Part shown: positions 50,111-63,300 of the stretch, piece by piece
Layout of the letters: each line of letters begins with the position of its first letter
How positions within the stretch are numbered: position 1 is the stretch's first letter
Assembly (NCBI RefSeq): GCF_018350175.1
Contig: NC_058383.1
Location: forward strand, 2,728,001-2,792,000
Direction: 5' to 3'
DNA length: 64,000 nt
From: Felis catus
Taxonomy: Eukaryota
Position numbers and translations under genes: made by a program
The notes under the pieces: model-generated
The model's input: the letters and a program-made list of their open reading frames with translations, nothing else
The model's database searches: none
What the model was told of the DNA's origin: nothing

Positions 50111-53100
50111 ACATAGTTTTGATGATGAATTTTGCCTGATGAAACATGTTTTTATTGGTTACGGGGTGCATCAGATTGTAGGCAACATGTTTCTCATCTC
50201 AACCACTTTCTCCTTGAAGGTGATCTCAGTTTGCAGCTTCTTTTAAGGCAGTACCAACGGAGTTGACTTACAGATATTTTACTTGGAAATAGGTTTAAAG
50301 GTATGTTAATAAAGTCTAGCTTTTATAGTATATGATCTTGCAATGTAGTTTTGCATATTTATGATAAAACACTTGTTATTGCTTACATTATAGGTATTAA
50401 AATCTGTTTTTGCAGTTTCAGAATGTAGCTTTCTTGTGCCTTATTTTGATGATCATTAAGCATATTATCTATGCTAAGAAGATGGTTAATGTATTGCAGG
50501 TTGAAAAATAGCTTATCTATCTTAAAAGTTAATATCTCTGAAATTTTTGCCACTAATTGATAAATGAGATTTTTTTTGAGATTTAAACTGATTTATTTTT
50601 GGTCATTCAGAGAAAGTTAAAATTTTCTCCTTACTATTGTAGTTGTGAATTTCCTCACTTTTTCCTCAGATAATTAACGTACGGGACACAGCTTACTGAT
50701 AAGTATGACTAGAACTGTACAAATTAATGCTAGCAGGGCTCCATCCTTTAATGTCAGCTCTGTAAATTGTTTTCACATTATTTCTGTTATTCTGGTGTTA
50801 CATCTTATGTAGATGCAAATTCTTATTTTGTGGGTGAAAAGGGACATGGTTCAGTAGGATTCAAGAACTTAAAAATTGCTCTCCTTCACATTTCTAATAA
50901 GTAATAACTCTGCTAAAATGAAGTCAGAGTAATTATACAGGAATGATAATGGAATCTGTTACCGATTTAGAAAAACAAATTTTATTTCCATTATAATACA
51001 TGTAAATGGCCTGCTGTTTATTTTAAAATTACTATATTTCTGGGCCCTAGAAAGATTCTGCATTTCATAATTTAGTAGAAGTTGGAACAGTTTCTAGGAA
51101 TGTCCTAATATGCCATAGGGGACAGTAGTACTTTTAAAAGTTCTGACATTCATCTAGTAAGGTGTTTCTATGTCCAAATAACTCCCCCTCCTCCCAAGAG
51201 TAGATACAAGAAGTATTTTTGGTAAATCTGCCTAGTTTTTTTTTTTTTTTTTTGTATGATTCTCATATCATTGAAGCTGCCTAAATAATTTTTAGTCAAA
51301 CAGCTACTTACATTGCCACTTTGACATTACCACTGATGAGAATTGAACGCTAAATTGAGCCTGGGAAATGAGTTTCATTGTCCATAAAAGTCTCTTTTCA
51401 GTATATCCTAACCTTCTGTCAGGGCATTGCCAAGAAAGGAAGAGACTGCTTCCTTCAGGCTGTGGATTTGACTTTGGCATTCTCACAGGTACACTGTGAG
51501 TTCAAATTTCTTGTTTAATAAAGTGGAAGTTAGTCTGCTTCCTGTGGTTCTGCTGCTCTGGGAGCCTCTGACTCCTAATGAAACCCAAATGCAGAGAGCT
51601 AATGAGACCAGTTATTGGCCAAATTATGATGTTCAAAATGTATTTGTGAAATACTTGGAATTTCTTATTTCTGGGGAGTCTACTGACTTCTGGGGTCATA
51701 TGAAAGGAGAATTTCACTGAGAAGATGCTCATTACATTTCATAATTGTATGTTACCCTTTAGAGAGGTCAAAGAAGCAGCTTTATTGCAACTATGGGATG
51801 TTGAGAGTTTGGTTCTGCCTGCCTTTATTTGGGCTCCTGCGTGTTTTCCTGTCTTTCCTTATCCCTGACTTCTGGTTAGGTGGTGGCTTGCTTTCTTGCT
51901 GTGCGCAGCCTGGATTCCAGGGTCCTCTCTAACTCTTAAATCAGTACCCTGAACTTTATCACATTAGTGAACATCTTTGTTTCTGTTTTTGAACCTGTCA
52001 GGCCTGTCCCTAATGTCACACAAACTCCTCTCCTTGTCTGCTCTTGTGGCCACGTTGCTCAGTACTTTTGTGCGACAGGACAACTTTGAAGATGGTTGTT
52101 TGTGTTGCTCGGCTTTCAGTTGTGTAGAGAAGAGAGTCTAATTCTTCCTACTTTAAACACAAAGGGATTTATGGCAGGGAATTAAATGTCTTGCTGAATT
52201 GTTGAGGGGCTTAAAGACACATTCAAGCCTGACCTGCCAAGAGCACCTCTCACATACCCCCTTCAGAACCGGGCTGCCAGGGGAACTGATAGTCCAGCTG
52301 CTCAGGAAGCTCACGGCTGAAGTGGATGGTGCTGATGAGCTCCCGACCCCACAATCCTGCTGCCTCTGTTGCCATCCACAGTGGTGTGATGGATACGTCA
52401 ATGCTCTTTTTTGCTCCCTACTTAAGTCAGATTCAGATGTAACTCAGGTGGATCATACAGGTTTATATTTTATAGGATTCATATTTATCATGATCTGATG
52501 GATACAACTTAAGTCTAGTCCAGAATACCAGTAGCAAGGGGGCTGGGAGATGTGGTTTTGAGCTTTCCAGCCCTCTGCAGTTTGTTAGTAGAAGGCTGGA
52601 ATAATTTGAGTCACTCTGGGGTATTCTCTACTAGTATATGGTTTCCAGCTAAAGCTGGTTCTTTGAAATTGTCCTACCATGCTTTCACTTGTCCTTATAG
52701 TGATTCTTCTGTTCATGAACATGGCAATTCCTTTTCTACCTTACTCTGGTCCCTTTTAGCAGATGACTGGAGCGTAAGCTTGAGAGGAAAAGAAAGAAGC
52801 TATTATTGGGTGTGAACTCCACTTAATCATTCTTCCTGCCTTATCTTTTGTTACTTTCAAATTGCTGTAAGTTGGTGCAATACCACTGTGTGGCATGTAG
52901 GAAGGAGGAGGAGATGAGAGTCAGAAAGACCCTAGGGATACCGAGACTCTTGGAATTGGTGTCCAGGAGGTGCAAAGGACAAGAATGAGGAGAGAAATAA
53001 AAACATTCTGGAGGCTTCAAAAACAACTTCTTGGGAGCATTTGACACCATGAAATTACTCTTTGCTTCGTGAAAATGTTTCTGCACTGTGCCCAGCATGC

Positions 53101-55804
53101 TTTATTCTCCTGTTGCCCAGAAACCCTTTCCGTTTCCTTTGTTGATTCCTCTCCTTGCCTCAGGGCTCAGTCCTCTTCTTCTCTTTGTGGGCAATCTTCT
53201 CCTTAATTGATCTCTAGTCTTGTATTTCCCAGAAGTCTAGACTTGAACTTGCGGTGGCCCACATTGATCCCCTTGTAGGTGTCTAGTATGTCAAAAACCA
53301 AACTCTTGATGGTTTTCTTCGCCCATATCTGCCTCTTACCCGGTGTACCCTATCTTACTAAATGGATTATAATTTACCCAGTAACTCAGGCACAGAACCC
53401 TGGAGCTGTCCTTGATCTTCTTTAATTTCTCATATTCACTCTACTAATGAATTTTGTTGGTTCTGCCTTCAAACTAAGTTCTGAAACTGTCACTTGTAAT
53501 CATCCTTGTTGCCATCCCAGGACACCATCAACAGTAGCAAGCTTTCTGAGTGGTACCCTCACTTCACTGTTCTGTACCCAACAGCCAGAGCGAGTAAGTC
53601 CCTAGATCATACCTTTCTGCTGCTCACTTAGCATGTAGATCCATTGTGCCTAGGATACGATAGAAAGGTCTTACTGTGGCCTGCAAGGCTTTATGTATAT
53701 AGTCCTGGTGGTCTATCTGACCATACCTCCTGTCTCTGTCTAGCTTACTAAACTTCGTCCACATTGGTCTTTTAAGTGTAACAACCCCCCAACTTACTGG
53801 GTAGATACATAATCGTATATATCTATTTTTCTGTTCCCCACTAGAATGGTTTATTCTCAGGAACTTAATTTTACTCACTGTTTTATGCTTCCTTTGGCAC
53901 ATGGGTACTGATGTATTGGCTCATTGGAAGGTAGGGGCAGTGAAATTATTTTAAAGGTCTTGTCTCAGTGGAAGATTGAAGTTTAAAGATTGAAGATTAA
54001 AGACACAAAAGTGTTTTTAGTGGAGGGACAGTTTGTAAGAAATAATAAAATATGTGACAGATTACAGGTAAGAGAAAGTAAGCATTCAGGAATAATATAA
54101 GTTTTGAACTTTGGAAATCATAGAAAAAATGAAGTGAATAGCAGCAACCTGAGCAAAATGGTAGGCATTAGGAAAGGGAAAGTGGAAACAGTATAAAATG
54201 GCAAAGTAAGATGAAAGGAACAAAAGTGAGTGGGCCAGAGACTCCCTGTTTGGCCAGATGAAGCAGTCCATTCATCCCAGGTCCATTGTCTTAAAGCCCA
54301 GACCTCCTGGAAGTAATACAACAAACAAGCATAGGAAGGCTCAGAAAAGTGGAAAGAAGGTGGTGGGCAGTCTGGGGACTTGAGAAAAGACAAGAAGGCG
54401 AGTTCTTGAGGTGTTCTTATTGGCTGCCATGCATCCTGGACAGCATGTTGCAGAAGCCTCCAACCTGGAACAGCCAGCAGCGCAGGAGAAACGCAAAGGA
54501 GAGCCTTTCCCTAGCCAAAGTAAAGGGAAAAGAGGATCTAAGAAAATGGGTGTCGGTACTCCATCCTCCTCCTGCCAGACACCAAGCGAAACCTCCCCTC
54601 TGACACAGTTTCAGCAAGGCTGAGCTGGGAGCTGACTCTACCATGCCCTTGAACACAGGCAGCAGGCTCTAGGCCACCACCTGGAGGTTGTAAGTATGCC
54701 TGAGCAGAGCGCTAATCCCTTCCCTGCCTGGCAGCAGCAGGTGGCACTTCAGTTCTCCTACCAGGTACTGTTGACAGGACCAGCCAGCTGAAGTTGGGCT
54801 TAAGGAGCTGGTGCGATTAGGGACTACTGAGCTTGATTTCCTCCCTGCCGCCTTCTCTCTGGTCCCCTGTGGAGGAGCCGAGTCTTCACACCTACTGCCA
54901 TCAAGAAGGTAGAAGAGATGGAAGGAGGCAGGCTAGTTGGCACTCTGCTTTGTTGCTTCCCTCCCCTGGTATAATGGGGCTGGCTGGGGTATAGCAAGTT
55001 TGCCACAACAAAGTAGCCTAACGGCCCTTGGCTTCCATCTCTGGTGGTGGCTTGGCTGAAGGGGAGGCTGATCTTGTTAAATGGGGGCAACAGGAAGGGT
55101 AAATTGGAGCCACACTTTGGCCCGAAAGGTGTCAGTGTGCTGAACTTTGACTCCACTTGCCTGCAGCGAGACAGTGTGAGTCAGTGTGTGGCTCTTGTCT
55201 GGGTATTGGTAGGGGGAGAGCCTAATTGGGTATGAGAATGTGTACACCCACCCATCTCTGGCACTACACTTACCAGGGGACTGGCTGCTGAAAGAAGGTT
55301 AAATATGATCCAGGGTTTCTTAACAAAAAGTACTGCGTATAGATAGTCACTCATTACTCCAAGAACCAGGAAAATCACTCATGAATGAGAAAGAACAGGT
55401 ACCAACAGTGAGTATTATCTGACAAAGATTTGAAAACGTTTTAGCAAGCTGTCACAAAGTCACTTGTAACAAATACAGTAGAAAATCTCAAGCAAAAAAT
55501 TCATTAAAAGGTATCAAAAAAATTTGAGCTGAAAAAGAACAAATAAAAATGGCTGAATGGAGACGAGGGGATAGAATCAGTGAGCTTGAAGATAAATCAG
55601 TAGTATTTACCCAATGTGAACAACAGAAAAGACAGAAGAAAAAATGAACAGTCTCACAGACCTGTGAGACAAGAAGTTAATATCCATGTCACCATAACTC
55701 AGAAGGAAAGGACTGACAAAGTGAGACCAAAAAAGTATTTGAAGAAATACTTGAAAACATGCAGAATTTGGCAAAAGACATAAAATTTGCGGATGCCAGA
55801 AACG

Positions 55805-56013
55805 TTAATTTTTAACAAAAATTTTTGTTTATTTTTGAGAAACCAAGCACAGGCAGGGGAGGGGCAGAGAGAGAGGGAGACACAGAATCCAAAGCAGGCT
55901 CCAGGCTTTCAGCTGTTAGCACAGAGCCCAACGTGGGGCTTGAACCCACAGACTGTGAGATCATGACCTGAGCTGAAGTCGGTGCTCAATAGACTGAGCC
56001 ACCCAGGCGCCCC
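55805..56013 (-). mobile_element. CAN-SINE
   Basis: ...GATCATGACCTGAGCTGAAGTCGG...GAGCCACCCAGGCGCCCC. Confidence 0.92.
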
Positions 56014-56132
56014 TCAAGAAGCTTTAATGAATTCCCAAAAGGAGAAAACCCAAAGAAATTCATTCCTAGACACATCATATTTTAAACTTGTGGAAACGAA
56101 AGACTAAAAATAATTGAAAGTAGTCCAAGATT

Positions 56133-56293
56133 GGGGCGCCTGGGTGGCTCAGTCGGTTGAGTGTCCAACTTCGGCTCAGGTCATGATCTCACGGTTCGTG
56201 AGTTGGAGCCCCGCATCAGGCTCTGTGCTGACAGCTCGGAGCCTGGAGCCTGCTTCGGATTCTGTGTCCCCCCCCTCTCTCTGGCCCTTTCTT

Positions 56294-56324
<31 letters not shown>

Positions 56325-56335
56325 CTCTCTTTCTT

Positions 56336-56366
<31 letters not shown>

Positions 56367-56381
56367 TTCTCTCTCTTTTTC

Positions 56382-56424
<43 letters not shown>

Positions 56425-56454
56425 AATGAATAAACATTGGAAAAAAATACAAAA
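56133..56454 (+). mobile_element. SINEC_Fc-type SINE with expanded CT tract
   Basis: TSD GAAAGTA(G/C)TCCAAGAT at 56116-56131 and 56455-56470; pyrimidine tract 56285-56421. Confidence 0.93.
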
Positions 56455-58683
56455 GAAAGTACTCCAAGATACACAATACATTACAGGTTGGGGGGTGGGG
56501 GGGGACAAGTCCAAATGAGAGGAGCTTACTCATCTGAAACCATGCATACCAGAAAGAAGTGACACAGCATTTTCCAATTACTGAAAGAAAAGAACTATCA
56601 ACCACAAATTCTTTGACAAAATCAGGAATGAAAGGAAAAGGAAAACTTACTGGATGAAGGAACATTAAGAGAATTGCTAGCAAACATAACTTTAAAGTGT
56701 AGGTAAAAAGAAATTCTTAAAATGGTAAGGAAATACTGGAAGAAGGCTTGGAACTTCAGAAAGGAAAGGACAACACTGGAATGGGTAAATAGATTGTCCT
56801 TAGAGCTTCTTAAATCATATTTGGTTGTTGAAGCACAAATTATAGCAATGTGATAAGGTACTAAATATATGTAGGAAAAATATTTAAGACCGTTATACTT
56901 AAAAAGTGAGGAAGATGAAGGGACTTAAATGCAAGTAAGTTTTCTGTGTTGAACTGATAAAATACTAATAACAATGGAGTGTGATGTTACGAATACATAT
57001 TTTAATCCTTAGAAAATCATGAAAAAAAAACTAAACAAAGATACTCGAAGCACTAAAAAAAGAAAGATGCAATTTTTAAAGTTGACATAACCCACAGGAA
57101 AGAAAGGTGAGGACAAGCAGAGGAAGAAACAGGAAACAAATGGCAAACTTGAAGGCCTGTCACATTTATAATTACCTTAAATGTAGAGGGTCTGAATATA
57201 CCCATTAAAGGAGAGATTGGCAGAGTGGATAAGAAAAGATACTAAATTACTCTATATACGAGAAACTCAATTCAACACAATGACATAGGTAGGGTGAAAG
57301 TAAAGGATGGTAAAAGATACACCATACACACACTAATTAAAATTAAAAGTGAGTGGCCATATTATCAGGAAAAGTAAATTTCGGAGCAAAGAAAATTAGA
57401 GACAGAGACACATTACTTATAAAAGAATCCATTAGGAAGACCTAACGATCCTAAATGTGTACATACCAGGGAGCAAAGCCTCAAAATACATGGAGTGAAA
57501 ACTGGATAGAACTGAAAGGAGAAATAAATGTCTAATAGATTAAGTATGTATTATTTACATGTATAAATCAAAAGGTGGACTCTTTATCCCTCCATTGTCA
57601 GCAATTTATGAAACTACCAACAAATAAGAGGAAAATCTCTCAACACATGAATATTGACATATTTATAAATAATCCATGCATGGATCAAAGAACTAGCCCA
57701 AAGGAAAATTGGAAAAAAAAACAACAAGCATAAAACTGAAGGAAAATACTACATACCAAATTTGAGATGTACTTTAAAGCAGTGCTAAGAGGGAAATACA
57801 TAACTGCAAATAATTATATGAAAAGAGGAAAGGTCTAAAATCAGTAACTCAAGCTCTTAACCTCAAGAAACTAGGAAAAGAAAAACAGAAAGCAAGGAGA
57901 AGGAAGGAAATAGTAAAGAACAGAAACCAATGAAATTGAAACTAATAAGGAAAAAATGGAGTAAAAATATTCTGTGAAAAATAAAATTGATAATTTCCAG
58001 CAAGATTGACAAAGATAAAAAGAAAAAAAAACACATCCCAATAAATTAGGAAAGAAACAGGATTTCAGTAAAGATCCTGTAGCTATTAAAGGAATAATAA
58101 GGGAATGATACAGCTTTGCATTCATAAATTTGACCACTTAGAGGAAACGAATCAATTCTTAACAGACTAAAACCTACCCAAACTAAATTAAGAGGAAATA
58201 ACCTGAATTAATGATGTAGCCATTTGAGAAAATGAATTCTTCATTAAAAAGATCCTGAAAAACCTCCAGGCCCAGATGGTTTTGCTTGCGGAAATTTAAA
58301 GAAGGTTAAGCAATATTTAAAGAATTAATACAATTTTTCTGTAATGTTTTCCAGAAAAAAGAAGAGGAGGGAATATCCACAAACTCAGTTTATGAGGCTA
58401 GTTATTACCCTAATAGGAAAATCAGGTAAAGACAACACATGCAAAAGGAATTCTGCCATCTCAGTATCTTTCATGAACTTACAAGCAAAATATTAGCACA
58501 TCAAATCCATTTATATATATATCATAATTGTGTATATGTATAAATTATACATATAAAATTTAATGTAGCCAAATAAGATTTATTTCAGGCATACAAGTCT
58601 GGTTCAACATTTAAAAATCAGCGTGTGACCTACTGACTTGGCAGGCTGAAGAAGAAAAATCGTGTGACTTAACAGTTGACCCA

Positions 58684-58900
58684 GGGGGCGCCTGGGTGGC
58701 TCAGTTGGTTAAGCGTCCGACTTCAGCTCAGGTCACGATCTCGTGGTCCGTGGGTTCCGTGTTGGGCTCTGGGCTGATGGCTCAGAGCCTGGAGCCTGCT
58801 TCCGATTCTGTGTCTCCCTCTCTGTCTGCCCCTCCCCGTTCATGCTCTGTCTCTCTCTGTCTCAAAAATAAATAAACGTTAAAAAAAAATTAAAAAAAAA
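58684..58900 (+). mobile_element. Young SINEC_Fc-type SINE
   Basis: GGGGCGCCTGGGTGGCTCAG head, A tail, flanks TTGAC(C/G)CAG. Confidence 0.92.
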
Positions 58901-59316
58901 TTGACGCAGAAAAAGCATTTGATAAAATCCAACATGCATTCATAATTTAATAAATCCAAAATGTAGGAGTGGGGAACTTCCTGAACCTAGATAACATCCA
59001 CAAGAAATTCCTTCTAACACCATACTTAATGGTTAAAAGTGGAACATTATCCCTGTAAGGTTGGGAAGAAGGCCAGGGTGTGTGCTAACATTGCTATTCA
59101 AACAGTACTGGAAGTTCTAGCCACTGCAATAAAGCAGGAAAAAGAATTAAACAAGATATTCCTGTTTGCAGATTACACTATTATTTACCTAGAAGATCCT
59201 ACAGAATCGTAGAAAAAAAGGAACAGTGAGGTCAACACCTTTGCATACAAGATAAACACAAAAATCACATTTCTATTTGACAAGAGATACGTGAAAACTG
59301 AAGTTAAAACCAATAC

Positions 59317-59506
59317 TTTATTGAGAGGGGGGAGGGGCAGAGAGAGATTGGAGTGGGAAGGGGGGAAGGGAGAGAGAATCCCAAGCAGGCTCCATGTTGT
59401 CATCACAGAGCCTGATGTGGGGCTTGAACTCACGAATCTTGAGATCATGACCTGAGCTGAAATCAAGAGTTGGGCACTTAACCGACTGGACCACCCAGGG
59501 GCCCCC
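59317..59506 (-). mobile_element. CAN-SINE
   Basis: GAGAGAATCCCAAGCAGGCTCC...CCACCCAGGGGCCCC. Confidence 0.9.
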
Positions 59507-60276
59507 AAACTAGTACTATTTATAATTGCTCCAAAAATAAAAAATTTTGAGGCTTAACCTTCAACAGGTGTAGGATTTTTGTACTAAAGACTACAAATGC
59601 TAATGAAATCAAAGAGCTAGATAAATGTTGACACATACTGTGTTCATATATTATGTTCAGTACAGTAGACTTCAAGGAAAAAAAATAGTCATCAGGATCC
59701 AGGATTAGACAGTGAATTCATAGTGTTGAGACCAAAAGCACAATCCACAAAAGAAAAAAATGTGATCAGTTGGAGCCCCTTAAATTTAAAAACTTTTGCT
59801 GATGGTAAGACCATGTTAAAATAATGAAAAGAGAAGCTATAGACTGGTAGAAAATATTTGTGACTGACAAATCTGCCAGAAAGCCTTAAGTAGAAGATAC
59901 AAAGAGCTATCAATATTCAGTAGTAACAGAAACAAACCAATTACAAAATGGGCAAAAGACAACATAAGTTTCACTAGAGAGGACCTATAAATGGCAGATA
60001 AGCATAGAGAAAGACATTCAGTATCATTAGCCATTAGGGAAATTAAAACCATAGGAAGAAACCCCTGGTGAAGGTAAAATAAAAAATGACAGCACCAAAC
60101 ATTGGGAAACACATAGAGAAACAGCTTTACATTTACACTGCTGGTAGGAACCACCACTGTAGAAAAATGGTTTGGTAGTTTCTTATAAAACTAAATGTGC
60201 AACTACCATAGGACCCAGGTGCTTATGGGTATTTATCACAGACAAATGAAAACAGTTCCATAAAAACCTGTACAGA

Positions 60277-60377
60277 GGGATGCCTGGGTGGCTCAGTTGG
60301 CTGAGCATCCAACCTCAGCTCAGGTCATAATCCTCTGGTTTGTGGGTTTGAGCCTGGCATCGGTCTCTGCGCTGACA
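60277..60377 (+). mobile_element. 3'-truncated CAN-SINE
   Basis: The head is intact but the element stops at GCTGACA, with no CT tract or tail. Confidence 0.85.
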
Positions 60378-63300
60378 AAATAAATCCCGGTGGATTGTGG
60401 TGAATGATTTTTTTAACGTATTGTTGGATTTGGTTTGCTAGTATTTTATTGAGGAATTTTTCATCTATGTTCATCATAGATGTTGGTCAGTAGTTCTTTA
60501 TTCTGTGGTGTCTTTATCTGTTTTTCATATTGAAGTAATGCTTACCTTGTGGAATGAATTTGGAAGTTTACCTTCTTTTTCTGTTTTTTGGAAAGTTTGA
60601 GAAGAATAGGTATTAACTATTTTTTAAACGTTTGGTAGAATTTGCTTCTGAAGTCATCAGGTCCTAGACTTTGGTTCGATGTGAACTTGTTGATTATTGA
60701 CTCAATTTCTTTGCTATTTATTGGCCTCAAATTTGCTATTTCTTCCTGTTTCACTTTTGGTAATTTATATGTTTCCAGGAATTTATCTGTTTCTTCTGGG
60801 TTGTCCAATTTGTTGGCATATAGTTTTTCATAATATTCTCTTATGATTGCATTTCTGTGGTGTTTTTATTTATCTTCTCTTATTTGCCATTTTATTTGAG
60901 CTCTTTCTCTTTTCTTCTTGGTAAGCCTGGCAAGAGGCTTCTCAATTTTATTGATTTATTTTTCCCCCAAAGGACTGGCTCCTGCTTTCATTGATCTGTT
61001 CTATTGTTTTTTCAGTTTCTGTATCATTTATTTCTGCTCTGATCTTTATTATTTTCTTCCTCCTGCTGGTTTTAAATTTGGTTTGTTCTTTCTGTAGCTG
61101 CTTTAGGTGTAAGGTCAGGTTGCTTGAGATTTTTTTTGCTTCTTGAGGTAGGCCTGTATTGCTATGAACTTCTCTCTTAGAACTGCTTTTACTGCATTCA
61201 AAAGGATTTGGACTGTTGTATTTTCATTTGTTCTCTTGTGCTTTTTTCTTCTTTCATTTCTTGGTTGGCCTGTTAACTGTTTGGTAGCACATTATTTTCC
61301 AAATTTTGTCTTGTGGTTGACTTCTAGTTTCGTAGAGTTGTGGTCAGAAAGTTCTTCTTGAATTTGTTAAGGCTTGTTTTATGGAGTAATAGGTGATCCA
61401 TTCTTGAGAATGTTTCATGTGCACTTGAAATGAATGTGTATTCTGTTTTAGGATATCATGTTCTGAATATATCTGTTAAACGTATCTGTTCCAATGTGTT
61501 ATTCAAATTCAGTGTTTCCTTGTTGATTTTCAGTTTAAATGATCTGTCCATTGATGTAAGTGGGGTGTTAAAGTCCTCCACTAATAATGTATTATTGTAG
61601 ATTAGTTCATTACTGTTTTATGTATTTGGGTGCTCTCATGTTGGGCACATAAATATTTACAATTGTTATATATTCTTGCTGGATAGTCCCCTTTGTCTTG
61701 TGTTACAGTCTTTGTTTTAAAGTCTGTTTTGTCCAGTGTGAGTATTACTACTTTATTTTGACATCCATTTGCATGATAAATTTTCTCCATCCCCTCACTT
61801 TTGATCTACAAGTGTCTTTAGGTCTAAAATGACTTTCTTTTAGACAGCATATAAATGGGTCTTTTTCCCCCCATTCTGTCACCTTGTGCCTTTTGATTAG
61901 TCTATTTACATTCAAAGTAATTATGGATAGATACAGATTTGTTACTTTGTTACTTGTTTGGTGGTCATTTCTGAATATTTTCCTCTGATCCTTTCTTTCT
62001 CCTTTGCTGATTTTCTTTAGTGATGTATTTGGGTTTCTTTCTCTTTATTCTTTGCATGTTTATTAGTGGTTTTTGATATATGGTTACCATTAGGTTTGTA
62101 TCATAAGATCATCTGCATATAGCAGTCCATGTTAAGTTGCTTAAATTTGAACCCATTCTTTACTCCTCTCCTCACCACGTTTTAGGTCTATTATGTTGTC
62201 ATATTTCACATTTTTTAATTTTGTGAGTTGCTTGATTTTTTTTTTTTTTACAGAAATAATTCATTTTTACTGCTTTTGTGTTTCCTACCCACATGCTATT
62301 ATTTATAGTCTCCTTTCCACTCAGAGTCCCCTTCAATACTGCTTGAAGGGCTGGTTTAGTGGTCATGAACTCCTTTTGTTTTTGTTTGCGGAAACTCTTA
62401 ATCTCCTTCCATTCTGGATGATAGCCTTGCTGGATAGAGTATTCTTGGCTACAGATGTTTCCCATTCAGCACTCTGAGTACATCCTGCCACTCCCTCTGG
62501 TTTCAAAAGTTTCTGCTGGAGAATTCCTCTTTACCCTTAGGAGGTTTTCTTTTTATGTTACTGTCTTATTTGGCTTGCTGCTGTAAAAATTTTTCCTTTA
62601 TCACTATATTTTGTCAGTTTTTTTTGAAGTTTATTTACTTGGCGAGAGAGAGAGAGGGAGAACTGCGCATGCATGAGTGTGAGTGGGGGAGGTGAGGGGG
62701 GGCAGAGAACCCCAAGCAGGCTCCACACTGTCAGCACAGAACTGGATGCAGGGCTTGAACTCATCAACTGTGAGATCATGACCTGAGCCGAAATCCAGAG
62801 TTGGATGCTTAACCAAGTGAACCACCCAGGTGCCCCCTATTTTGTTAATTATAGTAGGTCTTAGTGTAGATCTGCTTTTCTTGATTTTGTTGGGGGTTCT
62901 CTGTGCCTCCTGGATTGGTATTTCTGTTTCCTTCCCCAGATTAGGGAAGTTTTCAGCTATTCTTTCTTCCCATAAATTTTCAGCCCCCTATCTCTTCTTC
63001 TTTTAGGATGCCTATAATGTGAATGTTAATACATTTGATGGAGTTACTGAGTTCCCTAAGTCTGTTGTTGTTTTGCATAATTTTTTTTCTTTTTTGTTTG
63101 ATTCCATTCCTCGGTCTTCTAGGTCATTAACTCATTGCTCTGATTCTCCCAGCCTGCTGTTGATTGCATCAGATGTGTTTCTAATTTTCATCTCTGATTG
63201 GTTCTTTTTCTTTCTTCTCCTCCTCCTCCTCCTTTTTATATCTTTGGTTCTTATTTTTGTGTTAAGGGTCTCATTGATGGTCTCGTTACACTCTTTGCTC

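Larger units (their letters stand above)
54420..60276 (+). mobile_element. Old sense L1 (5' UTR, ORF1 and internally deleted ORF2 relics) with inserted SINEs
   Basis: GC-richer 5' UTR at 54420-55370, then A-rich ORF1/ORF2 motifs (CTTTAAAGCAGTGCTAAGAGGGAAA, CCAGGCCCAGATGGTTT, GTACTGGAAGTTCTAGCC). The 3' UTR is missing. Confidence 0.8.

Noticed and set aside
56114..56518. ORFs with SLSL/ERER repeats
   Set aside because: Translations of a SINE CT microsatellite.
12314..62837. Recurring ~30 bp motif (GAGCCACCCAGGCGCCCC and its complement) as CRISPR repeats or tRNA genes
   Set aside because: Irregularly dispersed heads of tRNA-derived CAN-SINEs, with no regular spacers and no intact cloverleaf.
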